Source of the DNA: Planctomycetota bacterium
Lineage (GTDB): Bacteria; Planctomycetota; JAJSAM01; JAJVHW01
DNA: 64,000 nucleotides
Reading direction: 5' to 3'
Assembly (NCBI GenBank): GCA_965248445.1
Contig: CBDFJG010000003.1
Coordinates: forward strand, 416,001-480,000
The notes under the pieces are model-generated. The model was not told the DNA's origin, did not search any database, and saw only the letters and a list, made by a program, of their open reading frames with translations. Within the stretch, counting starts at the first letter, position 1. Each line of letters starts with the position of its first letter. Below are positions 63,860 through 64,000 of this stretch, one piece after another. Both the position numbers and the translations under genes were made by a program.

Positions 63860-64000
63860 CTCCTGTCATGCGACGAGGAGGACCGGGAGCCTCGGAGCCG
63901 GCGACCGTACTCATCCTTGTTCATGCGAGGACGCGCGTCTGCGCGCCTCAGGATCCCGTCCGAGCGTGGGTCGCCGGTCGAGGGCGCCAATCTCATCTCC
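63860..64000 (-). ncRNA. Putative IS110 bridge RNA (3' part: right target guide and donor-binding loop)
   Basis: Outer stem 63898-906/63969-977; inner hairpin 63927-949; loop strands match the element end and its flank (see findings). Confidence 0.75.

Larger units (their letters stand above)
62471..64000 (-). mobile_element. IS110-family element (left end beyond the window)
   Basis: DEDD recombinase plus non-coding ends; right junction inferred at core ATC (62471-73) from bridge-RNA guide matches. Confidence 0.85.

Overview
This is a high-GC bacterial window. The gene content (ECF sigma with a long C-terminal extension, many HEAT/PFTase-repeat and CRTAC1 proteins) suggests Planctomycetota, but that is an inference. 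Positions 1-20.2 kb are backbone: sucCD, polyprenyl synthase, folD, hpt, rhomboid, maeB, a di-haem peroxidase-TPR fusion, a 2OG-Fe(II) oxygenase, CRTAC1, OsmC, VOC and an APC-USP-EIIA fusion. Positions 20.2-64 kb are an accessory island of mostly secreted proteins, separated by two interspersed repeat families. Repeat A is a ~350-bp non-coding element with 4 whole or partial copies and 20-bp sub-terminal inverted repeats; it brackets cargo genes as direct repeats and lies next to a remnant of a gene typical of serine-recombinase modules. Repeat B comprises 11 IS903-type ends and MITEs. The island also holds a HEAT-RHS-FGE locus, a nested IS66>IS256>IS66 stack with readable TSDs, two decayed IS3-family copies (one splits a gene), a 5'-truncated animal-type haem peroxidase framed by inverted repeats, cusBA-like RND genes, and an IS110 whose bridge-RNA guides can be matched by eye to its own right junction. 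Several single-base frameshifts could be assembly errors. All family calls come from visual motif recognition, not database searches.
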